Positions 17,097 through 26,172 of a stretch of 32,114 nt of DNA are shown here, in pieces. Source of the stretch: Thermotogota bacterium. Lineage in GTDB: Bacteria; Bipolaricaulota; Bipolaricaulia; UBA7950; UBA9294. The translations under genes were made by a program, and so were the position numbers. The notes below the pieces were generated by a model that saw only the letters and a list, made by a program, of their open reading frames with translations, ran no database searches and was not told the origin of the DNA. The stretch is taken from the NCBI GenBank assembly GCA_039679545.1, contig JBDKUT010000103.1, positions 1 to 32,114 on the forward strand, given 5' to 3'. Position 1 is the stretch's first letter. Each line of letters starts with the position of its first letter.

Positions 17097-19292
17097 ATGA
17101 GAACGACCACCAACACGGCGAGGGGGCTTCCCCTCGCCGTGTTCCTTCTCTTCGTGGGCCTAGTTGCCGGTTCGGGAGTGGCACTGGGTGAGGGGACAAT
17201 CCAAATCCTTCAGACGGTCGATCCGTCTCAGATCTTCGTAGCAGGAATGGGGCAAGCGCCGGAGACGACGAACGTCTCGCTCGTGCTTCAGGGCATCGGC
17301 GCAACCGGGGAACGCTTCCCTGTAGACTGTATGTTGGTCATCGATACATCGGCCACGGCTGAGCTGGCGGAGGCGAAGCTCTTCGCCCTTGACTTCGTCG
17401 ATCGTATGGGTTCGAACGATCGCATCGGCGTCCTTCCGTACGCAGGGACGGCGCGCGTGGCCTTGCCGCTCTCCAAGAGCAAGGCAGAGATCAAGTCGGC
17501 TATCGGAGGCCTCACAGGCGGCGACAAGTCGGCGCTCGGCACGGCGCTTCAGCTGGCGCGCCGGGAACTCTCGCAAACAGCTCGCCCGGACGCGACGATG
17601 CTTATTGTCCTTTTCTCGGATGGGCAGTCGAATGTCGGATCCGACGCGAAGACGGAGGGCAAGATCGCGGTGGAGACCGGGATCCAAGTCACGTGTGTCG
17701 GGATCGGCACGCTGATCAACCGGGCGCTTCTGGAGGAGCTTGCGGCGACGTCGGGAGGGGCGTTTGCGGCCCGTCCGTCGGACGCAGCGCTGGAATCGGC
17801 CATCGAGCACGCGTTTGTGAAGATCGCGGCGTCCGACGTGGTTGTGGAGAAACGCATTCCCGCCGGACTCGAGTGGTTGAGATCCGCGCCGGCCGCAAGC
17901 CAGGTGCGGGTTGAGATGGACGGCAGCACCACCGTCCGTTGGGCCTTCGAGCAAGTTGAGCTCGGTCAGATTCTGCAGATCGACATGAAGCTTCGGGCGA
18001 CGGAGAGCGGCGTTCTCCTGACGGACGACGGCTCGATGGCGACCTACAGGGACTTTCGCGGGGTGGAGCAGAAGCTGGACATCGCGGCGGACTCGCTGAA
18101 CGTTGTGATGCCGAACCGCGCGCCGGAGGCGGGTTTCGAGTTTGAGCCGGCGGCGCCGACCACGGCCGACGCAGTTCAGTTCCACGACGCATCGCGCGAC
18201 ATCGACGGCGACGAAACGGTGGCCACGTGGACGTGGCAGTTCGGAGACGGCACGACGGCGGATGTGAAGGATCCCGTCCACCGTTTCGACGAGAACGGCA
18301 CGTACACGGTGACGCTCGTCGTCGTGGATGATCGAGGGCTTGCGTCGAGGCCGTACGAGCACGAGATGGTGATCGGCAATGCGCCTCCGACGGCGAGCTT
18401 CGCTGTTCTCGAGGCGGAGTCCATGGCCGCGGTTGCCCAGCCGCGCGTGGGCGTCGAGGTCACCCTTGACGCGAGCGCGTCGTACGACCTGGATGGACGG
18501 GTCGTGCGCTACGAGTGGGATTTCGAGTCGGATGGGGTTGTGGACGTCACGACGGACGCGCCGGACGTGTCCTTTACGTTCGCCGAACCCGAGGACTACG
18601 ACATTACGCTCTACGTCACGGACGATATGGGCAGCCGGGCGACGCTCGAGCGGACCGTGACGGCCGTGTCGAGTGTAACGGCGGCGCGGACGATCGAGAC
18701 GTGCCTGCCCGAAGATCGGACGGTCCAGGGAGCCACGGTCACGGTCACGCTGGCGCTTCGCGCGAACACCACGCTGAATGGGCTTGCCGTGAGCGAGACG
18801 CTGCCGGCGGGCTGGGCGTTCCGCTCCGTGGAGACCGACGGTGCGACGCTTCGTCAGAACGGCACCACTGTGGAGTGGCTGTTCGTTGAGAAGTTCACGG
18901 GCACGGGACCGGACTCCCAAAGGGAGATCCGGTACACCCTGACGGCTCCAGCAAGTTCGCCGAAGGCGGAAAGCGAGCCAGCGGCAATTCGGGGTTCTGT
19001 GGGAAGCTCGTCGCCGCGACTCCTGCAGACGATCACCGGCGAGGATCGGGTCGTGCTCACGAAGTACCTACCCATTCCCGTCGTGGTTTCCCGTTGGAAC
19101 GTTGAGACGTCGGCCATCGACCTGTGTCTGAGAGAGCTGATCACCTTCGACCAGATCCAGTACGCCGTGTCTCTCTGGCTGTCCGGGGCGGCGGTTCCGC
19201 ACACGAACAACGGCAAGATCGATCTGGTCATGATTCAGGACCTGATTGCCTACTGGCTGACGGGAAGCTCGGTGCACGACCCGCTCCCCTAA
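17097..19292 (+). CDS. Secreted vWA + 2x PKD protein with the same C-terminal beta-sandwich + duplicated-helix module (731 aa)
   Basis: Signal peptide; vWA (VDCMLVIDTSAT, DRIGV, LFSDGQSNVG, VGIGTLINRALLEELA); PKDs (WTWQFGDG...GTYTVTLVVVDDRG; LDASASYDLDG...YEWDF); SETLPAGW; LIAYWLTG..DPLP C-terminus. Confidence 0.85.
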   Translation: MRTTTNTARGLPLAVFLLFVGLVAGSGVALGEGTIQILQTVDPSQIFVAGMGQAPETTNVSLVLQGIGATGERFPVDCMLVIDTSATAELAEAKLFALDFVDRMGSNDRIGVLPYAGTARVALPLSKSKAEIKSAIGGLTGGDKSALGTALQLARRELSQTARPDATMLIVLFSDGQSNVGSDAKTEGKIAVETGIQVTCVGIGTLINRALLEELAATSGGAFAARPSDAALESAIEHAFVKIAASDVVVEKRIPAGLEWLRSAPAASQVRVEMDGSTTVRWAFEQVELGQILQIDMKLRATESGVLLTDDGSMATYRDFRGVEQKLDIAADSLNVVMPNRAPEAGFEFEPAAPTTADAVQFHDASRDIDGDETVATWTWQFGDGTTADVKDPVHRFDENGTYTVTLVVVDDRGLASRPYEHEMVIGNAPPTASFAVLEAESMAAVAQPRVGVEVTLDASASYDLDGRVVRYEWDFESDGVVDVTTDAPDVSFTFAEPEDYDITLYVTDDMGSRATLERTVTAVSSVTAARTIETCLPEDRTVQGATVTVTLALRANTTLNGLAVSETLPAGWAFRSVETDGATLRQNGTTVEWLFVEKFTGTGPDSQREIRYTLTAPASSPKAESEPAAIRGSVGSSSPRLLQTITGEDRVVLTKYLPIPVVVSRWNVETSAIDLCLRELITFDQIQYAVSLWLSGAAVPHTNNGKIDLVMIQDLIAYWLTGSSVHDPLP

Positions 19293-19337
19293 GGGAGTGG
19301 GTCGTCGCCGCCGGGCGTGATGAAGAGGGAGGGGGCC

Positions 19338-20030
19338 ATGAAGAACGTACGACGCGTAGGGATTGTCGCGGCGGTGATCGCTGTCGCGGTTCCGTGGATG
19401 GCAGCGGCCGCCTGGAAGGCCGACTTCACACCGTCCACCTACAACCCCGGGGTGGGGGAGGGCGTGAGCTTCGCCGTGTGCGAGCCGTGTTTAACCGGCG
19501 GAACGTACACGTATCGATGGGACTGGAACGGGGACGGCGTTGCAGACGTCGAGACGCGAGACCCCGTGACGGCAAACTCCTACCTGGCCGCGGGCTACTA
19601 CGAAGTGCAGCTGACCATCGCCGACGACACCGGTCGCCGGGAGACCTGCCGCAAGGGGATTCTGGTGGGCGTCGCGCCGTCCTTCGCCGTGAGAGACGTC
19701 ATCGCGCAGGCTGACGGATCGATTCTCGTGGTCATCAGCCTCCGTGTGGTGGAGCCCTCGTCGGCTCTTGGATTCGTGGAGACGCTGCAGCAGGGATGGC
19801 AGGTCGAACTGGTCGACACGGCCGGGGCGATGACGAACATCAACGCTGAGGCGCGAAAACTGGAAGTCCTTTGGGGAAGCGCGTTCGATCCCGGCGCGGA
19901 ACTCGTCTTCTCGTACCGCCTCTACCCAGGATACGCGACGACGATCTCCCGATTCGACGGCGAAATGAGTGGGTACGCGAGCGGCGTGCGCTTCGTGAGC
20001 AGCGTCTGCGGCGTGCTTAGCCTGCCCTAG
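19338..20030 (+). CDS. Secreted PKD + beta-sandwich protein (230 aa)
   Basis: GGAGGGGG RBS; signal peptide ending AAAA; PKD (YRWDWNGDG, GYYEVQLTIADDTG); LGFVETLQQGW..FSYRL matches the module in the two upstream genes. Confidence 0.8.
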   Translation: MKNVRRVGIVAAVIAVAVPWMAAAAWKADFTPSTYNPGVGEGVSFAVCEPCLTGGTYTYRWDWNGDGVADVETRDPVTANSYLAAGYYEVQLTIADDTGRRETCRKGILVGVAPSFAVRDVIAQADGSILVVISLRVVEPSSALGFVETLQQGWQVELVDTAGAMTNINAEARKLEVLWGSAFDPGAELVFSYRLYPGYATTISRFDGEMSGYASGVRFVSSVCGVLSLP

Positions 20031-20053
20031 GAGCTAGACCGTCTACGAATTCG

Positions 20054-20614
20054 TCAGAGAGGGGACGCGTCCTCGGGGGCGTCCCCTCCTTCTTTTTTGC
20101 CCTTCTCATTGGGAGGGACGGCCGGGGAGCGCCGTGCGATCCACAGCACACCGATCGCGAGGCCGAGAAGAAGGATCGCGAGACCGAGGGAGACCGGAAA
20201 CGTCAGGTGCAGAGGGAGGAGGTTGGCGCCCACAGCCGCGGCGGTGGCTGCCGCGCTGATTCCTGCGACGGCGATCGCATAGCGAAGGACGACGGGGCGT
20301 GGCACACTCGCGGTGAAGCGTGTCATCACCCGTCGGGTGAGGCTGGCGTCCCAAGCGAAGAGAGCCAAGGGGAGGCTGACGAGGCCGAACAGGTGGGCTC
20401 CGTCTCCCGCGGCGGCGAGGGCGGCGCACGTCCCGACGCAAAACAGCATCGGAAGGACGTGAAGACGGCTCGACGGGCGCCAGACGGCGAGAGCGACCCA
20501 TAGCCCCGCGATGAGACCTGCCGGGAGAGAGAACGTCCACGGGAAGACCCGGGCGGCACCCGCGACGGCGAGGCCGGCCGACAGCGCCGCGAGGATCACC
20601 ACGGTCAGGCTCAC
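20054..20614 (-). CDS. Hypothetical polytopic membrane protein (186 aa), last gene of the MoxR operon
   Basis: GTG start overlapping the DUF58 stop (GTGA) after an AAGGAGG RBS; about 6 hydrophobic segments. Confidence 0.72.
   Translation of the reverse strand: MSLTVVILAALSAGLAVAGAARVFPWTFSLPAGLIAGLWVALAVWRPSSRLHVLPMLFCVGTCAALAAAGDGAHLFGLVSLPLALFAWDASLTRRVMTRFTASVPRPVVLRYAIAVAGISAAATAAAVGANLLPLHLTFPVSLGLAILLLGLAIGVLWIARRSPAVPPNEKGKKEGGDAPEDASPL
20059..20098 (+). terminator. Intrinsic terminator for the secreted-protein operon, inside the convergent CDS
   Basis: 10-bp stem GAGGGGACGC (20059-20068)/GCGTCCCCTC (20079-20088) followed by CTTCTTTTTT. Confidence 0.7.
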
Positions 20615-21897
20615 GAGCGCCTCCTTCCGGCGCCTCGTTCTAGACGCGCTCGGTGAAGGGCGACGGAGAGGGGCTCCTCCGCGTCCCACGAAAGCACGCG
20701 CACGCCGCCGCGGCGCATCTGGCGGACGACCATGTCGCGTCGCAGCGCGCGGATGCGGAGCGAGAGGGCCAGAGCGGCGTCGGGTGGCTCGGCCGACGCT
20801 TGCAGTTTCTCGCTGTTGACGTGGATGACGAGCACGGAGTAGCCGCGCGCGACGAGTCGGATCGGAACGTCGTAATCCTCATCGCGGGGCAAGGAGGAAA
20901 GGAGGATCAGCTGCGACCCGGACGGAAAGATAGACATCGGGATGTTCGCGAGATCCTCGAAGGCGAAGCTTCTGACCGGCTTCGCGCGAACGATGGACGC
21001 CAGGATGCGCTCGAGGTGAAAGCGTCCCCCCGCGGGCTGGATCCAATCGATGGATTGCCCGTAGAGGAGGAATCCCACGCGGTTCCCTCGGCGGATCATG
21101 TGATCGGCGAGGCTGGCCGCGGCGCGGCATGCCGGCTCGAACGTTCCGCGACCTGCAATCTCCACATGAGCCTGTGCGCGAACATCGAGGACGACGGTGA
21201 CGTCAGCCATTCTCTCCTGCTCGTACTCGTTGATGATCAAACGGTCCGAGCGCGCCAAGGCGCGCCAGTTGATCCTTCGGACATCGTCGCCGGAGACGTA
21301 GGCACGGCATCCGAAGAAGTCGACCCCCGGTCCCGCCGCGCGGGCCATGATCGATCCGGCGAACGCGTGGGTACGGCGAGGCGTGATGTTCACGGGAGGG
21401 AGCTTGTCGATCTCCGGCATCGCGGAGATGTACGTCGAGCAGACGAGCGCGTGCTCTTGGAAGCCGAGCCCGCTCCGAGTCCAGGACGCCACGGACACGT
21501 GGTCCTGAAGGTGGAATCCTCTCCCCGGCTGGAGTGTGTACGAGAGGCGAACCTCCTCGTCTCGAGCGATTGGACCGAGGTAGGAAGGTTCCCCGTCGTG
21601 GATGGGCGCGTCGTCGAGAGTCGCGTCAAGAACCCCAATGAGCGGCAGGGCCTCTCCGCAGTTGGTCACCGTGACCGTGTACCGGACGTCGTCGCCCGAG
21701 CACACCCGATGCGCGGACGGAGTCCGCGTGACCTCCAACTCCGGATAAGGAAGACGCAATCGCGCTGCGAGGAGTGCTGTAGCGTAGGCAAGAATGGGGA
21801 TCGCGGCCATGAAGAGCCCGGCGCTGCGCATCGCGAGAGCTGCAATGACGATTCCGACACCGAGGCACGCGGCGACCGGATAGCGAGGATCGGACAT
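20611..21897 (-). CDS. DUF58 domain membrane-anchored protein (MoxR-associated)
   Basis: N-terminal TM pair, Ig-like segment, G.G.DFFGCRAY.SGDDVRRINWRALAR...INEYEQE, VTVVLD, GNRVG; adjacent to moxR. Confidence 0.88.
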   Translation of the reverse strand: MSDPRYPVAACLGVGIVIAALAMRSAGLFMAAIPILAYATALLAARLRLPYPELEVTRTPSAHRVCSGDDVRYTVTVTNCGEALPLIGVLDATLDDAPIHDGEPSYLGPIARDEEVRLSYTLQPGRGFHLQDHVSVASWTRSGLGFQEHALVCSTYISAMPEIDKLPPVNITPRRTHAFAGSIMARAAGPGVDFFGCRAYVSGDDVRRINWRALARSDRLIINEYEQERMADVTVVLDVRAQAHVEIAGRGTFEPACRAAASLADHMIRRGNRVGFLLYGQSIDWIQPAGGRFHLERILASIVRAKPVRSFAFEDLANIPMSIFPSGSQLILLSSLPRDEDYDVPIRLVARGYSVLVIHVNSEKLQASAEPPDAALALSLRIRALRRDMVVRQMRRGGVRVLSWDAEEPLSVALHRARLERGAGRRRS

Positions 21898-21901
21898 CGT
21901 T

Positions 21902-22855
21902 TTACGAGATCTTCGGGACCGGTGTGGACTGGACGATCCCTTGCACGACGTCGCTCGTCGATGCCTGACGGCTCCAGAACTCGGGTCGCAGGATCAAGCG
22001 GTGGGCGAGCGCCGGCACGACGAACTGCTTGACGTCGTCGGGGAGGACATAGTCGCGACCGTGAAGCGCGGCCCAAGCCCGGGACAGCTTGAACAGTGCC
22101 AGGGACCCCCGGGGGCTCGCTCCGACATAGATGCTCGTGTGTTTGCGCGTGCGACTGACGAGGGAAACGATGTAGTTCCGGATGTCCTCGTCGACCACGA
22201 CCTCCTCGACCGTGCGCTGCATGGTGACCAGTTCCTCAGCAGACGAAACCCGAGAGAGGTCGACTTCCTCCTCCTTTCGCTCGGCGCGGCGGCGGAGGAT
22301 CTCGGCCTCCTCCGGCGGTTCTGGATACCCGACGCTGAGACGAACCATGAACCGGTCGAGTTGCGCTTCTGGTAGCGGGAACGTTCCCTCGTACTCGATC
22401 GGGTTCTGAGTCGCCATGACGAGGAACGGCCTCGGAAGCGGCTGCGTCTCCCCCGTGATGGAGACCTGAAGCTCCTGCATGGCTTCGAGAAGGGCGGACT
22501 GCGTCTTCGGCGTCGCCCGGTTGACTTCGTCGGCGAGGATCACGTTGGCGAAGATCGGGCCGGGTGCGACGACGAACTCGTTTTTCGCGCGGTCATAGAT
22601 GTACGACCCGGTGATGTCACTTGGCAGAAGGTCGGGCGTAAACTGGATCCGGCGGAAATCCACTCCGAGAACGTGGGCGAAGCTCCGCGCGATGAGGGTC
22701 TTGGCGAGTCCCGGGTTATCCTCAAACAGAACGTGCCCGCCGGCGAGAATCGTCGCCATGACCTCGGTGAGGACGTCGTACTTCCCGATCACCGCCTTTG
22801 AGACTTCATCCACGATCCGATGGGCCGTCTTCTCCACTTGGGGAATGGGGATCAT
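21902..22855 (-). CDS. moxR: MoxR-family AAA+ ATPase
   Basis: GHVLFEDNPGLAKT, RIQFTPDLLPSDITG, LADEVNRATPKTQSALLEAMQE, ATQNPIEYEGTFPLPEAQLDRF, GASPR. Confidence 0.95.
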   Translation of the reverse strand: MIPIPQVEKTAHRIVDEVSKAVIGKYDVLTEVMATILAGGHVLFEDNPGLAKTLIARSFAHVLGVDFRRIQFTPDLLPSDITGSYIYDRAKNEFVVAPGPIFANVILADEVNRATPKTQSALLEAMQELQVSITGETQPLPRPFLVMATQNPIEYEGTFPLPEAQLDRFMVRLSVGYPEPPEEAEILRRRAERKEEEVDLSRVSSAEELVTMQRTVEEVVVDEDIRNYIVSLVSRTRKHTSIYVGASPRGSLALFKLSRAWAALHGRDYVLPDDVKQFVVPALAHRLILRPEFWSRQASTSDVVQGIVQSTPVPKIS

Positions 22856-22858
22856 GAC

Positions 22859-23407
22859 CTACGCCTCCTCGCTCTCACGCTCAAGAAACGCGACGGTTCT
22901 TCGTATCCAGGACTGGAACTCTGTACCGGACAGCGCGCTCAGGTCCTCTCGCGCGAGGAAGCGCGCCAGGTCGGGCTCCAGCTCTCGACAACGCTGGCGG
23001 AACAACGTCCACGCGTCTTCCTCCGGGAGCTCGGACCGATGCGCCTCAATGCGGACGGCAAGTCGGAGGAGCTGAGTCGTGACGCGCGACCGTGCAAGAT
23101 GGCTCGATCGTGACGCGCGAACGGCGTCAGCAAGGAACGCGAGCGTGTTGGCGGACGCGTCCTTGAGGCGGGGCGTCGCACGCGGTGCCCGTTCGGGTCG
23201 GAGTCGATTGGCGAGAAAAAGGACGACAGGTAGCGCAAACAAGATCGGGACGAACCAGAGGACCATCTGGGGAAGAACGGCGATCGCCTCCCAGAGCCGC
23301 GCCCCATGGCGCATGGGAGTCCAAAGAGCAAAGAGGACGAGAGCAAGGAGCACGGCAAGCTCCAGCACCACGAAAGGGCCCTCCATCTTCTTGTCCTTCT
23401 GTCTCAT
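22859..23407 (-). CDS. Hypothetical membrane protein (182 aa)
   Basis: ATGA overlap with the upstream gene; two TM helices then a helical soluble part; sits inside the MoxR operon. Confidence 0.7.
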   Translation of the reverse strand: MRQKDKKMEGPFVVLELAVLLALVLFALWTPMRHGARLWEAIAVLPQMVLWFVPILFALPVVLFLANRLRPERAPRATPRLKDASANTLAFLADAVRASRSSHLARSRVTTQLLRLAVRIEAHRSELPEEDAWTLFRQRCRELEPDLARFLAREDLSALSGTEFQSWIRRTVAFLERESEEA

Positions 23408-24348
23408 GGGGTGGCCTCGGGGGCGGGGTACGAAGTTGCGATCGCCGTCATGCACTGCAGGGCGCGGGCGGCCAGCGTTTCCTCGGAGCGGTGGCCGTAG
23501 TGAACCTCCTCGAAGAGGGTTGACAACTCCCCAACGGCCGCGCCATCGAGTCCGACGCTCGACAGGGCGGCCACGAACTCGCGTGGCGTGAGACAGTCCG
23601 GGTCGACCTTCGAGCGCTCGGCCAGGGTGCGGAGCATTCGTCGGTAGCACTGCTCGACGGCGCCGCGCGGATCCCTGCCGAGACGAAGCTCCGCGACGGC
23701 CGTGCGCACCGGCGCGAGGATCTCGTCTGCGACGTCCTCTTCCGCCGCCGAGGGCTTTCGCCGCAGACGCCACACGACGACAGAGGTGCCGACGCCGAGA
23801 GCGACGGCGCCGAGAAGTCCGCCGATCAAGGCCACGGCGGGCACTCCCTCCGGCCCCGTCGCCTCACTCCCGGTTCCCATAAGCCCGTTGATCGTAGGGT
23901 TCTCCCCGAGCGCCTTCTTCGCGTCGTCGGCCGATGCCGAGCGCGCCGCCACCGACGGGTCTGACGCATCTTTGTCTCCGGACCAGTTGACACCGAACAT
24001 GAGCACGGCGGACACGGCACCTACGACCGCGGCGATGAGCAGGAGAGCCGGCCACCGCCCCCCCTTGCGCCTTGGGAGCCCTGCTCCGCCGGCATTCTTG
24101 TGGAAGAAGTACACGACCCCCACGACCATCAAGATGAGGACGCCGTAGGTCACCGCCAGGTCGATCGGGTGAAGAGGTTCTGGAGGCCGCTCAGGCTCCA
24201 GCGTGTACTTCGTCGGGTTTGAGATCGTCTCGTCGAACGGGCGGCCTGACGTGAACGTGAGTTGCTCCACGCTCGCCGCGAAGAGGAACGCGATGACGGC
24301 GAGCGCCGTCAGGAGTCCAAGGGAGAGCGGGACGGCGAGGCGCGTCAT
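23404..24348 (-). CDS. DUF4129 domain membrane protein (314 aa)
   Basis: ATGA overlap with the aspS stop; 4 TM segments; C-terminal YRRM...TPREF...[11 protein letters not shown] typical of DUF4129. Confidence 0.82.
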   Translation of the reverse strand: MTRLAVPLSLGLLTALAVIAFLFAASVEQLTFTSGRPFDETISNPTKYTLEPERPPEPLHPIDLAVTYGVLILMVVGVVYFFHKNAGGAGLPRRKGGRWPALLLIAAVVGAVSAVLMFGVNWSGDKDASDPSVAARSASADDAKKALGENPTINGLMGTGSEATGPEGVPAVALIGGLLGAVALGVGTSVVVWRLRRKPSAAEEDVADEILAPVRTAVAELRLGRDPRGAVEQCYRRMLRTLAERSKVDPDCLTPREFVAALSSVGLDGAAVGELSTLFEEVHYGHRSEETLAARALQCMTAIATSYPAPEATP

Positions 24349-26093
24349 GGGTTTCGGGTGATCTCGATTCCCAGTTCCTCGAGCTGCTTGGGCGCCGCGG
24401 GCATCGGGGCCTCGGTGAGTGGGCACATGCCGTTCGCCGTCTTCGGGAACGCGATGACGTCACGCAGCGACTGCTCATGCGCCATCAACATCACCAGGCG
24501 GTCGATCCCAAGTGCGAATCCGCCGTGCGGCGGCGCGCCGTAGTCGAGGGCCTCAAGGAACCAGCCAAAGCGCAGTCGTGCGTCTTCCTCCGAGATCCCG
24601 ACGAGCCGGAAGATCCTCTCTTGGAGGGCACGGGAGTGGATTCGGATGCTTCCGCTGCCGAGCTCGATGCCGTTCAGGACGAGGTCATAGGCGTTCGAGC
24701 CGATGTGCAGAGGGTCTGCCTCCATCCGGTCGACCTCGTTCTCGTGCGGCGACGTGAACATGTGGTGGGCGCTCGCCAGCTGGCCCTCCTCGTCGAGCTC
24801 GAAGAGCGGGAAGTCCGTGACCCAGAGGAACTTCCACGCATCTTCGGCCAGCGATTCCTGGCGGGCGATGGTGAGCCGTAGCTCGCCGAGCGGCTTCTCG
24901 ATCCCCGTCCCCGCGAGGAGAAGGATCAGGTCGCCCGACGCCGCGGCGAAGGCGGACACGATGTCGTGGAGCTCCTGCTCCGTCAAGTTCTTGGCGACCG
25001 GAGACGTTACCCCGTCGTCGATCTTCAGCCAGACGAGACCCTTGGCCCCTGCTCCGACCGCGATCGCCTGCAGCTTGTCGAGCGCCGCCCGCGAGTAGCC
25101 GGAGCAGCCCTTGGCCAGAATGCCGGCCACTTTCCCTCCGCCCTGGACGGCCTCCGAGAAGACCCGGAAGCCAGAGCCGCGGACGCAGGACGAGACATCC
25201 TGAATCTCCATGCCAAACCGCATGTCCGGCTTGTCGATTCCGAACCGAGCCATCGCATCCGTGTGGGTGATCCGCGGGAAAGGACGACCGAGCTCGACGC
25301 CGAGGACGTCGTGAAACACGCGGGCCACGGCGCCCTCGAGCAGCTCGTAAATCTCGTCCGTCCCCGACGGGAAGGCGATCTCAAGGTCGAGCTGGGTGAA
25401 CTCCGGCTGCCGATCGGCGCGCAGGTCCTCGTCGCGGAAGCACTTCACGAGTTGGAAGTAGCGGTCGACGCCGCCCACCATGAACAGCTGCTTGAAGAGC
25501 TGCGGCGACTGCGGGAGCGCGTAGAAGGAGCCGAGGTGCATCCGGCTCGGGACCAGGAAGTCGCGCGCGCCCTCCGGCGTTGATTTCGTCAGGAACGGCG
25601 TGTCGATCTCAAGGAACCCACGCTCTGTGAAGAAGCTCCGCGTCGCTTGGAACGTTCGATGGCGCAGTTCAAGCGCCTTCTGAACCCGCTCGCGGCGCAG
25701 GTCGACGTAGCGGTACCGAAGACGTGTGTCCTCGGTGGTGTCTGAACCGTCTCCCTCGATCAAGAACGGAGGGGTTTTCGAACGGTTGAGGATCTCAAGC
25801 TCGTCGACGTGGACCTCGATCTCTCCGGTCAGCATCTCGGGGTTGATGTTCGACCCTGACCGTCTCGCCACCGTTCCGTGAACGGCGATCACATCCTCAC
25901 GATTGAGGGAGTGCGCATCTCGGAGGCTTGCGTCGTCGCTTCCAAAGAGGAGTTGGACGAGGCCGGTGCGGTCGCGAAGGTCGACGAACGTGATCTTCCC
26001 GAGATCCCGTCGACGGTTGACCCACCCAGCCAACCGAACCGACTCTCCGACGTTCGCTGCAGTCAAGCGGCCGCAGTACGCTGTGCGCATCAT
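24345..26093 (-). CDS. aspS: Aspartate-tRNA ligase (bacterial type)
   Basis: [88 protein letters not shown]. Confidence 0.97.
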   Translation of the reverse strand: MMRTAYCGRLTAANVGESVRLAGWVNRRRDLGKITFVDLRDRTGLVQLLFGSDDASLRDAHSLNREDVIAVHGTVARRSGSNINPEMLTGEIEVHVDELEILNRSKTPPFLIEGDGSDTTEDTRLRYRYVDLRRERVQKALELRHRTFQATRSFFTERGFLEIDTPFLTKSTPEGARDFLVPSRMHLGSFYALPQSPQLFKQLFMVGGVDRYFQLVKCFRDEDLRADRQPEFTQLDLEIAFPSGTDEIYELLEGAVARVFHDVLGVELGRPFPRITHTDAMARFGIDKPDMRFGMEIQDVSSCVRGSGFRVFSEAVQGGGKVAGILAKGCSGYSRAALDKLQAIAVGAGAKGLVWLKIDDGVTSPVAKNLTEQELHDIVSAFAAASGDLILLLAGTGIEKPLGELRLTIARQESLAEDAWKFLWVTDFPLFELDEEGQLASAHHMFTSPHENEVDRMEADPLHIGSNAYDLVLNGIELGSGSIRIHSRALQERIFRLVGISEEDARLRFGWFLEALDYGAPPHGGFALGIDRLVMLMAHEQSLRDVIAFPKTANGMCPLTEAPMPAAPKQLEELGIEITRNP

Positions 26094-26125
26094 CGTGAAC
26101 CTCCAAAGCCTCTCGAGATGGCGTG

Positions 26126-26154
26126 ATTATAAAGCCGGGGCCTAAGCACGCCAC
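26126..26154 (-). promoter_or_regulatory. Promoter for the aspS operon
   Basis: Perfect TATAAT on the minus strand (26131-26126); weak -35 GTGGCG at 17 nt. Confidence 0.5.
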
Positions 26155-26172
26155 GGATATCGTCGGCGAGGT

